Shown here piece after piece: positions 1 to 11,858 of a stretch of 64,000 bases of DNA. The notes beneath the pieces are model-generated. The model saw only the letters and a program-made list of their open reading frames with translations, did no database searches and was not told where the DNA came from. The stretch covers positions 18,528-82,527 of the forward strand of contig MU008234.1 of NCBI GenBank assembly GCA_010909165.1, given 5' to 3'. This stretch comes from Anthoceros angustus. Lineage: Eukaryota > Plantae > Anthocerotophyta. The position numbers were made by a program, and so were the translations under genes. How positions within the stretch are numbered: the first letter of the stretch is position 1; every line of letters starts with the position of its first letter.

Positions 1-806
1 TCTTTTCGCAGTCTTGGAGAGACAAAGCTCCGTAGTAGCTTCCCTTCTCTCCAGCTCTTTAGTGCCATCTTTGGAAAATCCACAATCCTCCATGATGAGG
101 GCTATCGCGGCTGCAAGGTCCCCTTCTTCAAGATTCCCCATATTCATCGGCCAACAATGAGATCTTGCGTTTGGCCAAGAGGAGGACATTGGGTCCTCAT
201 GACGATGACCGAATCCTGGAAACATGGCATGCGGGCATAGCGCATGCCCCGGGTGTGACGCGCCATTGTAGGCTTCCAGAGATTCCTATGTTTTCATTGG
301 CCAGAACGTACATACTAGAAGAAGCACCCGATCGTGAACGCAAACGTACTGGACACCATCTCAAGAAACGTCCTTGCAGTCAGGCATGCTGTAATAGGCA
401 CATCTCATCGTCTTGTACAGTATTGATCACTTCACAACTCATAGGGAACAGTGTTGGGTCGTAATTCTTCTCCCTTTCTCCACTCCCCAAGACGGGGAAA
501 TTCTCGCACAATCCTTATCGCCTGTAATGGGAGACACTACTGGAGATGGTGTGGCTTAGTATATGCCATCAATTCTGGCCAATTTCGGTGCATCGTCAGA
601 TGGAGATAAAGGAGCGGGAAGATTCCTCTGATGATAGTGCAGTATGGAGGCTCAACAAGCGCTGGAGGGACATCAGCGACGCGTGGCCAGGCGTGAAGCC
701 TATTTGGCAGTGGGATCACGAGACTGTGTTCACGGATGGAGACTATGTTTGTGCCCAGGCTTTTGAGGAGTCCGCAGTGGAGTGCCCTGCAGTCTGGATA
801 CCTAGT

Positions 807-3470
807 TGTGGGAGGGAAAACCCCGGGGCTTCCCCCTCTAGCGGCCACACTTATCCCACTGTCGTTTCGTACGTTGGGTTTTGTCCCATGAGACTTGTGT
901 GAACGATCGGGTTCTAGGGAAACAATCGCTACCTGCAGTGACACACTATCTCAGCCTTCTAAACAAGCAAGGCGCCCTCTACTCTCCCCCTTACAGTAGC
1001 TGCGCCACTTGCACTGCTCCTAAAAATTCCCAATCCTCGGCCTACAACGACACGACACAGTTGCGGGTCCTGCCTTAGCAGCAAGGAGTCTATCACGGGC
1101 ACCTGTGGGACCCGATCACACCGCACTGTCCCTTCTACTAAGACCAATCTTCTCCACTGTGGAGCCCTCTTAATTGTGCATTTGGGATTCGTCCCTTAGG
1201 CTCTCACTGTGGCCTTCCACACCACGCCTCCCCTACACTCTAATCCTCTACTCATCTCCTCATCCTCCTCCTATTCTAACCTCGTAGGGCTTCATCGGCC
1301 GGCTCGCCCCTCACGACAACCTCTGGGTCCGCCTACACACCAAGAAGTTCTTCCTTGGGCGGTTGCTATGAGTTTGACACGACAATGAGAACCTGGAGTC
1401 TTTCCTGTAGTCTACCCTCAAGCCGAGAGTTCCTTGGGCATTGCCACACACCAAAGCAAAGCAATTTCACAAAGAACCATTCACAAGGGAGCAACTCGTC
1501 GAGGCGCTCGCAGGAAGCAAGCCCTCTATCAAGCACTCCGACCACCGCAACTTCCTCTCTACCAGACACTGCGTTGGCTCATAGCCGGCACGAAATTTCT
1601 TTACAAGGGCAAAGGACTCGCAAGTATGGAAGTGCAAGACGTGATACTTTACTTTGTGAAATCCTCCTCCTCTTATGGGAGGCCTTCCACATACAACCTC
1701 CCTTGGGTGACCCTGCTGCAGGCCACCTTTCCCAATATTTTATTCCTACACGCCCATTTAAGTCCACAGCATCTAAGTCTACTGTCTGATCCTAGGTAAA
1801 TTCTAATCTAGCAATTTCACCTAAGATCATTCTTAAAGGATGTCAGGCTACATCACCTATCCTTCCCATTCTCCAAAGCTCATTTATGGTCCTTGACCAT
1901 TCCTAGTCCTCATCTTGCTGGGGTGGTGACGCGTCTCCTACGGGTTGGCTCCCTCGCCCTCTTTTTGCTCCTGTCCCCTCCCCGGATCTTGTCTTCTTCC
2001 TAGCTTGTGGGGCAAGTACCATTACGCCTTCCTTCTGCTCATGACGCCCGATTCCTTCACCCTCGAGGCGCGCCCCTTCCATGCCAGCGGCCCATCTTCC
2101 GGCCTCGCCGCTTGGCGCGCTCCTTCAAGCACCCTACGCGGTGATGCGAACTACAGGGGTGCGACTTCTACCATGGTAGGTTGATCCCTTTCCCTTGTTC
2201 ATCTCCTTCCTTCTTCGCATCGGCGAGGGCTTCCTGGGTCAAGATCTCCATTGCTCTTTTGCCTGCTTGTTTGATTTGTCCATACCTATCATAGAGCATC
2301 TTCAAAGATCCTTCATCTCCATTCGCCGAACCATGCCGGTCTCCTTACTGATTCCTCCGGGCCTTTTTCGTGCTGGACTCCTCTCCAGGCCCCGGTTCCT
2401 CTCTATTTGTGGGGTGAGGGAACTTCTCACCCCTTCCTGTCCTCCGACGGGTCGGACCCCGTCCTTGATCTCCTCCGGTGGGGCTGCTCCCTCCACCGCC
2501 CTGTCTCCTCCTCCTGGGGGGTGTGTCGGACCCCGGCTCCATCCTCAGCACCATGGCTAGCTCCTCGGGACCTCGCGGTAGGTCCTACCTTCTGCGGTGA
2601 TGCGGGACTACAGGGGCGTAGGTCTACCACCAGTGAGGGCGCCTCTTGGTGGTGGTGATCTCAAGTAGTGGGGTGACCCCACACACCTGCTCGCCTCTCG
2701 GCGCCATCTTCCCCTCGGCGCGGTCTCCTCTTTTGTTTCCCGGACTCACCGAGGTCCATGTCACTGTGGCCTCATCAAAATCCAGGCCTCGGCTGCACTT
2801 TGGCGATCCTACGATCATCATCATGAGGACCCAATGTCCTCCTCTTGGCCAGCGCAACACCTGTTGGCCTTCAATATCGGTTGTGGAGATGGGCCCCAAG
2901 CTATGATATTGCATTTGGAGTCATCGAGCTCACGTAGGCCATTCTCCATCTTCACACCTACCCTTGTAGGCGTCTCCTTGGTGGTCAATTCGCCCACCTT
3001 CACATGGAGGTCACATTCTCCTCCTTGCTTCCCCTCATTGGCTGGCCAACTTGAAGGGCATAATCCACTTAAAATCGTCTCTTCCTCACCACCAGCATCC
3101 TATGCACCACCTTCTTATGGTGCTCCTCCTCCCGGACCTCCTCCGCTCCAAGTCCGCTAGTTCTTTGGGCAAGTCTCTCCCTCTCCTCGGCAAGCAACCT
3201 CTCGCTCGACTCTTGCACCGGTCTTGAAACCTAACCCGGCAGCTTCTCTCAAATTGAACCGGGTCCTTCGTAATTCCTCTTCCATGTCCCGGATTTTGAT
3301 GGCTTGAGTGGCCATCACCTGCTCCTGCGCCTCCACCTGTTGGACCGCCCGCTTCTCTCTCCCTAGAGCCTCGGTCTTGCTTCTTCGCTCTTGCTCTAGT
3401 TGGGCAAAATGCTCCTCCGCCTTTTGCCTCCATGTGTCCCGTTGGGTTGTTGCCCGGACCGCTCTTTCCT
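807..3470 (-). mobile_element. Truncated, inverted copy of the 5.4-kb TG...CA element found at 31360-36761
   Basis: Reverse-complement similarity to about 33975-36761. Shared peptides include EEHFAQLEQERR and KVGELT...MQYHSLG. The end TGTGGGAGGG at 807 corresponds to the ...CCACA end at 36761. Similarity stops near 3470, where Copia gag sequence begins. Confidence 0.8.
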
Positions 3471-5742
3471 CTGTCCCAGACATCTTCTCTGAAGTTGTAG
3501 GAGCTTTACTTGAGGAGGAATCAAGCCGTGGCTCCAATCCACAAACTGGCCAAGGTAGCACCAACCACGCACTCTTCACCTCTCGAGGCCGAGGTGGTAG
3601 AAGAGGTAGAGGACGCGGTGACTTCTCCAACCGTCGACCCTTCGACTCGCGACCTTATCACATGGAGGCTACAACAAGCACGCCGGAGATGGTCCAGAAA
3701 GAACTGACAAAGGACCCGCAGGCGGTGCGATCCCGCCGAGCACAAGTGCAAAAAGAAGCAATCGGGAGAACCACGGCATGACTCACCTAGAAATGAGTTG
3801 AACTTGTTGATGATTCCCAAGTAACCACCAGCAAATTCTATCCTAGCTGTATGTTTCATGCTAACAAGGACTAACAACTGTCGATGGTTTCTGGACTCAG
3901 GGGCAACCACCCATATGTGCAGCAGCAAGGAAATGTTCACATCCTATCACCACGTGCTATTTAATCAAGACATCTTTGTAGCGATGACGACCACTCCATC
4001 CACCATACATTACAGGCGAGGTTGCATAAGGCCCATCAGCAGGGAATCCCTCATTATCAATGGCGTGCTCCACGTACTTGCAATGACCAAAAACCTCTTG
4101 TCAGTGAGGAAGTTGGCCACAGAGCACGACCTCACCATTATATTCACCATTATATTCCAAGGAAATCACTGCACAATCTATCGCTCGAAGGACAAGCAGC
4201 AGAAAGCACTAGCTCATGGACTTCCCTACAACGATTTGTACTTGTTGAACATACAGTCTTCTTCATCACTCATGGCGGACAGCTCTTCACCAGCCTCTCA
4301 CAGCAACACCTTGCTATGGCACTGCCGGGCCGGCCATATCAATCCTCGTTCCCTGGACGCCTTCGCCAACCCTGCCATGTACAAAGACCCGTCAACGTTA
4401 AGTCCACCAAGAGTTTTTTCTGTGAGATCTGCCAGTATTCCAAGTTGATTCAACTTCCCTTTAAAGATGCTTCACCAACAAGAGCTCGACGACTCTTGGA
4501 GACTATACATTCCGACATCTGCAGCCCAATGAGCACATATAGCTTCGGAGGCCACTCCTACTTCCTTACCTTCATGGACGAGTGGAGCAGGTATTGCCAC
4601 ATTTATTTCCTTCGCCACAAGGATGAGGCCCTCACCTGTTTTCAAGAGTTTGTGCTAGCGGCAGAACAACAAACAGAATTTCAAGTCCTGCCTCAGCGTG
4701 ATAACGGGCGGAGAATATGCTAAACAAAAGCATTCCACGAGTTCTTAGATCTAAGGATCCTCCGCCCATTACTGTACCACACACTCCATTTCCCGAACCC
4801 TTTTTAGCGCCTCACAGATCCTTCTCGATTTCTGCTCCATCCTGAAGCTATCCTATCTCTCTCAATGCTACTGGGTTGAGGCCGTAGCTACAGCCAACTA
4901 CCTCAAAAATAGGCTTCCTACCAAAGAGCTGCCAGGTACCACAGCTTTCGAGTGCTGGACAGGTAACAAACCCAGGATCTCCCACCTCCGCATTTTTGGC
5001 GGTCCTGCCTTTGCCCATGTCCGAGACGCTACTCGTGGCAAATGGGATGACAAGAGCCGCAAGCTCCTCCTCATTGGCTACTCAGATCAGGTCAAAGCCT
5101 ACCGCCTTTTCGATCCTGCCACCAGAGAGGTAATCCTTTCCCGTAGTGTTCATTTCCATGAATCCCTCGTTCTTCACACTTACCTTGCCTCTCTCACCTC
5201 TCTCCCTACTCCTGGCATTTCAGGCCTCCTACCTTCCGGTCATTCCCCCCTTGACCTTGAGGGGGCCACATCTTACTACGAAGAAGATGACATGCAAGCT
5301 CAAGAGGAGAACCAGATTATCTACCCTGCTCCAGGGCCTGTACCTCCTCAGGCACAACCACTCCAGGTACCCCTACCCTTGCCTATTCAACCTGCTCCAC
5401 CAGACAACCACCTGGAACACCCTCCTATCCCAAACCAGCAGGACCACGAGGTAAATATCCCTGAACCCGAACCACCACCTCTCGGCAATCTACTCGCCAT
5501 AGGCCACCTAACCATCAATGGAGGATTGCTAACAAGACCTGGAAGCTCACTGACCTGCCTGCTGGGCGGAAACCAATCTCTTGTAAATGGACTTTTAGAA
5601 GGAAACTCAATCTGAGTGGAATTTGTCTCAAGAGTACAAGTCGGGCATCGGGTAGCCCGTGGTTTCACGGTGCGGCTTGACTACGAGGAGAGCAGGACCT
5701 TCTGACCCAGTCGTCAAGGCCACATCCATTCGAATCCTCTTA
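3470..5742 (+). mobile_element. Ty1/Copia host element, 5' part (gag C-terminus, protease, GAG-pre-integrase, integrase, start of RT); frameshifted
   Basis: WFLDSGATTHM (protease), LLWHCRAGH and CEICQYSK (zinc-binding), LETIHSDICSP...FLTFMDEWSRY (integrase) and VVKATSIRILL (RT). The frame resumes at 54019. Confidence 0.9.
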
Positions 5743-5774
5743 AACGTGATAATCCTGGAAGGGGGTTAATATAC
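5743..5774 (+). repeat. Left terminal inverted repeat AACGTGATAATCCTGGAAGGGGGTTAATATAC
   Basis: Matches the reverse complement of 53983-54014 with 2 mismatches; followed by subterminal AACCCCCTT copies near 5776 and 5797. Confidence 0.92.
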
Positions 5775-6001
5775 GAACCCCCTTCCACACTAACCAAACC
5801 CCCTTCACAAAAAAGACACTGTTCCGGAAATGCGCAATGTGGCGAATCCACCGTCACCAGCACCATGCTAAATACCATTTGCCTCGGAAAACTTGAGATT
5901 CAACAATTCTTAAAACAGATAGGGCTTTGTTGGCGCGGCCACAAATCTAAAACTCTTCCCTTGCCTACTGACTATGGTTAGAAACAAGTAATGAAAGGAA
6001 A

Positions 6002-9000
6002 TCAAGATATCACAGTTTCAAAACCTCTTCCTCCTCTCCAAAATAAGTCGCCTCCTGCAGATCTCGGAGGACTGATCTGAGACTCATACTGTGCTTGGGT
6101 GTCTTCTGAATCTAAAACAACTGCCAGGTTGCGCATGCGTTCCAATTCTACTACGTCGAAGCTGTCAGTTTCTGCCAGGGCTTTCGCTTCATCATCTTCT
6201 TCGTTGTCTCCTTCCTCCTTGTCGCCACCACTCCCAGACTGCCATACAATATCCAGGGTTTGTTGTCCTTCCTCTAGCAAGTCCCCTGTTTGCGTTTTCA
6301 TCCTCCTTGCACTAAGTGGAACAACCTGAGCCTTCAAACAATTTTTTTCGCTGATACAAACTTCTTTAGCCCAGAACTGTGCTGCTCCTCTCCGGTGGGC
6401 ATCGAATGTGAGCTCCTCTTTCCAGTCTAGCAAAACCTCGAAACCATGTATGCGTTGTGGGATATAACCAGCATAGCGGAGGTCAACTTCTATGGCAATA
6501 GAATTGCGTCGAGCAATCTTGCCGTGTTGTTGTCCCACTTCTGCGCAACCATCCGTCAATCTCCTTCTTTGAGAATGTTTTGATGAATTTCATCATCAAC
6601 CCGAGAGGTCTTTAGTACACCACCACTTGTCTTGAGACATGTACACGCTTCTTCACCTATCATGTGCAATCACGGATCGTCCATTGTTAAAAGTCCCTGC
6701 GTAATATTGGGCGTCATAGCCGCCTTGTCTTGAGCCTTCCTTCACACAACCCCTTATGTACTCCTTTTCCAAATCCACCTGTCATTACTCATGTTTGTTT
6801 TGTCCCAAACGAAGGACACCATTCCACCCTTGCCACATAATCACGCATGCACTCTCTCAAGGTGAGCTTCTTCCACTCCGTGCATGACAATGAGCACGAA
6901 TTCTTCCATGGTCGTCTTCTCGAAGCTTTGGAAAAGCGTTCATCATGCACGCATCCACCGACTATCCATAGGACCAATGTCAAAGCCTCTTGGGACATCC
7001 ATAACGAGAAGGGTATAAGCCCGCAGAAGGAATCCCGCATCTCCATAATGTTTCTTTTTCCACTTGATAGTAACTCTTTCCCCACGGAGCAGTGAACAAG
7101 TGCGATCTTTCAAATCCTTGTCGATTGCATGCTCATCCTCAAGACTCTTCCGGTTGTTAATCTCAAATATAAAGTTCTTGAAATCCTCCGGCAGCTTTTG
7201 CAAATTCTCCACATCCTTTATTTCTTTGAGCAGAAAGAAAAACGTTAGGCGAGGACACCACATTCCTATTGTATTCAAACAAACAAGCGATGGCGAAGGA
7301 GGTGTGAAAGGCGCGGCGCGGCGCCTTCACCACCTCCATCCTCATTGGTTTGCACCATGCCCGCAGGCGGCGGCGGCCTTGAGCTACCACGGCGCCCATG
7401 GGCGCCAGCGGCGCGGCGCGCGCCGGGCGCGCGAGGCCGCGCGTGTGGCGCCGCCGGGGCGGCGCGCTGGGCCGCCCGCCCCTCCCCGTGCCATTCTCGA
7501 GGGCAGCGGGCGCGCCAGCCGGCGCCATGCAAAAAAACCAAAGCGACTCATTATCGTGGTTCGGATCTCACCTTCCCAAAGAAAAGCCGTTTGAAAGCAG
7601 CAATCATGTCGTCCGTTGAGTGTAGGATATTCCTTCCTCACTTCCTCGAAAGATGAGCACTCCAGATGTTTAGCCATGGCCACTTGAATAACATGCAGTT
7701 TCTTTCTTGAAGTAATTTCGTCCTCCATTCCTTTGAGATCGAGGATGCCTGTCAGTACCTTCCCTGTTGCCGTGACAAGAATCTGCTGCCCACATTCACC
7801 CGCTGGTATACCCTGGAATGATTTCCAGGGTTTCGCGAGCATGTCTTTCGGCTTGAAATACACTGTTTCCACGTGCTTGGGATCATCTGTGACTTTCCTT
7901 TTTCCCTTCCCTTTTTTGTTGGTGCCAGCAGGTATGTGCTTCTTCTGCTCAGGTAACTTGCCTGCTTCCCACTTGGAAAAGATCTTATCAATATTATCCC
8001 ATTCCTTGCCCTCCTGCTTTGAGATGCACAATATGTGTTCTCTGTTATCCACTTTGTTCTGCTTGTAGACGTCATCTTTGCGCCCTTCATCATCTTCAAT
8101 TAATCCAAGAACCTTATAGAAATTGAACTTCCAGGACATGGTCATCTGCACTCCATCACAACGCGCAATAAGAAGCTCATCCCGTAAATATCTAACCTGT
8201 TCAATAGAAGACATTTTCTTCCGCTTATCGGACATTGTGTTATGGTCGGTTGCAAGAACTCTCATCTCGTGCACCGTAAGCCCACGGTATACATGCGCTT
8301 CAACATATTGAAAGCAGGACTTCCGAGCAATATCAAGTGCTTCATAGCAGACATATGTGTGGTTCCCCAAGTACACCCATAATATATTTCTTGGCCGAAT
8401 TTACTTGTCCAACTTGCTAATATCGTTGCACTCCCGGTCAATCATGCACTGGGCGAACCCTTCTTCAATCCTTCCCTTCGAAATAACTCGGGCTAGGTAG
8501 TTTGACCATGCCTCGTCCACCCTCCTGATTTGGGCATCTGGTGTAATATAAGATGCTGGCTTCAAATTCTCAAGCTTTACCAGTATTGTCTCCGGAACAA
8601 CTTTCTTTGCATAGCGAGTCACGATTATTGTCAATGGGTCTGATTCCCGGATGGCATCTTCAAGTCTTTCCTCATCTGTCACGACATGGATCGCTATATA
8701 TCTGGTGGGCTTCACTCACGGTTTCCTTCCAGGATTTCTTCTTTCTCTTCCCCGGTGGAGCCTCGCTATGTGTGGTATGCTGTTGCGTGTGCCCACCATG
8801 CCTTGCTCTCCCACTCGAGTCCCTGTCTCCATACTCTCGGATCGGGCGGACACAGGTGCCTCAATAGAAGCTGCCTCGCCCGCCCACCGCTCACACCGTC
8901 TCTTCCCGCAACAATGGCAGGGCGTGCGCAGTTGATCGGCGGGCGCCCGGGGCCTGGGATACCAGGTTGGGTACCTCCATGGAGGAGCCGGGAAAGGAAT

Positions 9001-10023
9001 GTCCAACAGCGGAGCATCCCTTCCATCCTCCGCCTCCGAAAGTCGTCATCGTCGGAGTGGCCAAGGGCGTCGGGTATACACCCATCCTCCTCATCGGATG
9101 GGCCGAGCTCACTACTTCTGCGCTCGGCCGGGTGAGCCCATGCACACATCGGCGGGCTCGACTCGTCGTTGTGACATTTCCCTCCTATCTTTGGATGACG
9201 GATTCGGTAATCTTCCATATGTAATTAGTGCTCTAGCTTTGAGCATCCGCAAAACAGAAAAGGATTGAGGAAAGGCAAGATAGAAGCACAAGTCATGAAA
9301 CCAACATACCAGATTTGCATCAAGCGCCTTGAAAACCTTATTCCAAAGTTTTACTTACGGTTGGGCACTAGCATTTAAATCCTCCACGAGTTTGAAGGAT
9401 GCACTTCTTGCTTTGGAAGCCATGTAGGTGACCTCATAAGCCTTGTACATGGTTTCATCTTCGCTTATCCGATCAAATACCAAAGGCTTTGTTGTGCACA
9501 GAAAACAGCTCTCGTCCATCCATATCCACGATCGCCCATAGAACCCGGCCACCTTGCTCTGGTTTGGCAAGGCCCCTTGAACCCTCGACCCACAATTTGA
9601 TAGAGTCCAAAATTGTTCTCCTCAAGGCTCCTCATCTGTGTCAACATCCGGTCCTTCTCGAGCAGTGGCCTCCACCTTGCTCCCCAACCGCGTATAGCAG
9701 TATCCTCATAGTTAAATGGCGTTGGAATAGGCGCGATTGCTGTGGGGTCTCTTCCTCGGTCTCCTCCTGCGTGCCTTCTCCTTCGTTGTCTTGGCCTTCC
9801 CGGATGTTAGGATTTCCCATGCTTGCCCCTTGACAAATTACCTCGGGGCTGGTGCTTGATGGCTGGGTTGTATCGCCTCCACAGGAGGTGCCGCGCCTTC
9901 TCCAACATCCACACCATTCACCGCATCCTTCCTTCTTCTTTGGGCGGGATTTCTTGGTTTTGGGCATCGGGTCGATGTGCCTCAGTTCTCCACGTTCCTT
10001 CCTACTTGTCTTCCGCTTGCCAT
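6002..10023 (-). pseudogene. Transposon-borne ParB-like domain plus beta-class N4/N6 DNA amino-methyltransferase (N6_N4_Mtase-like) gene; contains introns, stops and frameshifts
   Basis: ORFs 8716-9006, 8401-8715 and 7384-8376 share one frame separated by single stops. ParB-like segment: IRRVDEAW...LWVYLGNHT...EAHVYRGLT..E...LATDHN. Motif IV-like LLVMDVPRG (DVPR at 6988-6999), then FVLIVMH and FVWDK. C-terminal block read across frameshifts: VY*RPLGLMMKFIKTFSKEGD..DGCA(G)SGTTT..ARLL.RNSIAIEVDLRY (about 6620-6470). GT donors at 9358 (GTAAGT) and 7571 (GTGAGA). The ATG at 10023 is tentative. Confidence 0.75.
7298..7530. repeat. GC-rich segment with an imperfect hairpin, in a predicted intron of the methyltransferase gene
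   Basis: GGAGGTGTGAAAGGCGC (from 7298) pairs with GCGCCTTCACCACCTCC (to 7337); composition shifts abruptly to very high GC. Confidence 0.5.
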
Positions 10024-10393
10024 CCTCAAGAGATTAGATACAATCCATAGGAAGCACAATTCAAAGAAGGAATCGGTCGCACAAAAGAGGAAATTTGCGA
10101 GGAAGGGAGGGGCCATCATGAGACTATGGTGTGCGAAGAGGAAATGGCGGAGGATCGCGGTAGCGTGGAGAAGTCGCGTCTTTGGGAGGCAGTGCCAAAG
10201 TCCTTCTGCTTGAGGAGCTTACGGCGCCGCCGTTCTGGCTGGAAGAACTCTCTCTCGGGTTACTCTCCACTTGACGAAAGTATGGCCCGTTCGGTCATAC
10301 ACAGTCATGTCTTGGCAACCTAACCATAAATGTCAATTAAGGTAATGATTACATGGAAAACCATTTATAGGACCCTAAGTCAAAAGCCGTACA

Positions 10394-11858
10394 TGAACCC
10401 CAATGCCAGAAAACAATGAAGAGGCGGTGTGCCTCAGCCAAGATCTACCGGTGAAGATCTTTCGGTTTATTTGCTCATAATGGCATTTCCACCTTACCTT
10501 GGTGCCTACTATGTCATACCACGCTGTGAAGAGAGGACCATATTTCGAGAGGTTAGAGGTGCGGAGTCCTCGCGGCGACAATGTTGCGCGCCACACACAC
10601 ATCGATGTCGAAGAGGTCGAGTTTTTCCACAAAGTTCATTCCTACGTTTGTATGCGATCAAGGAACATGTACTTGAGAACAAGTGTTGGGTTTGCATCGA
10701 TCTCCGTCTCATCCATGTAATGACGACATTGATGTTGTCGCGGAGGAGCAGTGTGAGGAAGAGGGGTCTTTGATTTCGGATGGTAGGTGACTCTCTTGTG
10801 AGCCGGATGGTCAGTTGAAGGGGCCCCAGCGGCCTTCCGATCATGAGCAGCGAGTCCGAACTCAGGTTAGTTTGCCTTCAACAAGAAAGCGACTTGTTGC
10901 GGTCAATTGTGGCGAATAGTCCCACGGCGTCCGATTCCATCTCACCGCATGCACAGTGGTATTGCGGTAATGCTCGTCGCCATAGCGTCCTCTCCGGCAT
11001 TCGCGTGGGGTGCCCATGACCCCGAACTTGAACTTATATCGCCATTGATGGGAATCACGCATCAGCGAAGACACGGGAAGGAAGGGGATGGGGTGCGAAT
11101 CCGTCGTGGTTTGTTCCGCCAAGGAGCGATGTGATGACCGCAGGGGGTCTTCCACAAGCAAATGATCCGTGGGTGAGGATGGGGATGATGACTTTGTTCA
11201 CCCTCCTCCTGGTGCATCTGGAACATTCCATCCCAAGCCTTTAAGTGAGACATTGATGACAACAAAGCTTTCGGCGGACAAGCGCTGAGCGAGGCAGGTG
11301 TCTTTGCAAAAATGTGGAGAAGGTGACGGCGGACTTTCTTAAACCGTGTTGCAACCAAATGTGCATGCGAGGTTGACCAAGCAAGGCCTTGAGAACGATA
11401 TAGGTTCCTCACAATGTGCGAGGCAAGAGCGAGACATTTCTTCAAAGCCTCGTACATCGGGACCGGAGTCAAACTAACAAAGAAAGAGTTTTTACGCATG
11501 TTATGGGATCGGTTCCTCTGCTGTTTGTTGCGTGAAGGCCTTGAGAAGAGTATATTGTATGGGGCTGATACGAGGCGAAAGGGAGGGTCATGAGGAATGC
11601 CCGTGGGATAGTGTTCGAACCAACCCAATTCATAAGTCCGTCATGCACTTGGTGCTCTAAGCGTGGATGGATAATGCTTTTGTTCATGGTGAAAGACTTC
11701 GTGCGTGGTGTATAACTTTGCACGACACCTATACAAAGTTGGAGATATGGTCATTGTACAAGCGGTGTCAAAGCTCTAGTGCGGTTTGTGACGTCTGGTT
11801 TTGAAGTTATGGAAATCTAACTTGTAGTGAAGATTCCCAAATCCAACGGGTTCTCGAC
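10394..11858 (+). pseudogene. Sola-like/DUF7869 transposase, N-terminal part (start uncertain)
   Basis: Read across frameshifts: FLKPCCNQMCM, KLTKKEFYACYGI, AWMDNAF, ITLHDTYTKLEIWSLYK, F.KLWKSN, VKIPKSNGFST. These resemble the Cys-rich and pre-catalytic motifs of this family. Confidence 0.6.

Noticed and set aside
210-806. ORF 546-902 as a host gene
   Set aside because: No recognisable motif, cut by the element starting at 807 and flanked by TE fragments; it cannot be assigned.
6002-10023. Bacterial contamination or prophage origin of the MTase segment
   Set aside because: It lies inside TIR/TSD-defined boundaries within a plant Copia, has intron-like signals, and has no neighbouring bacterial genes.
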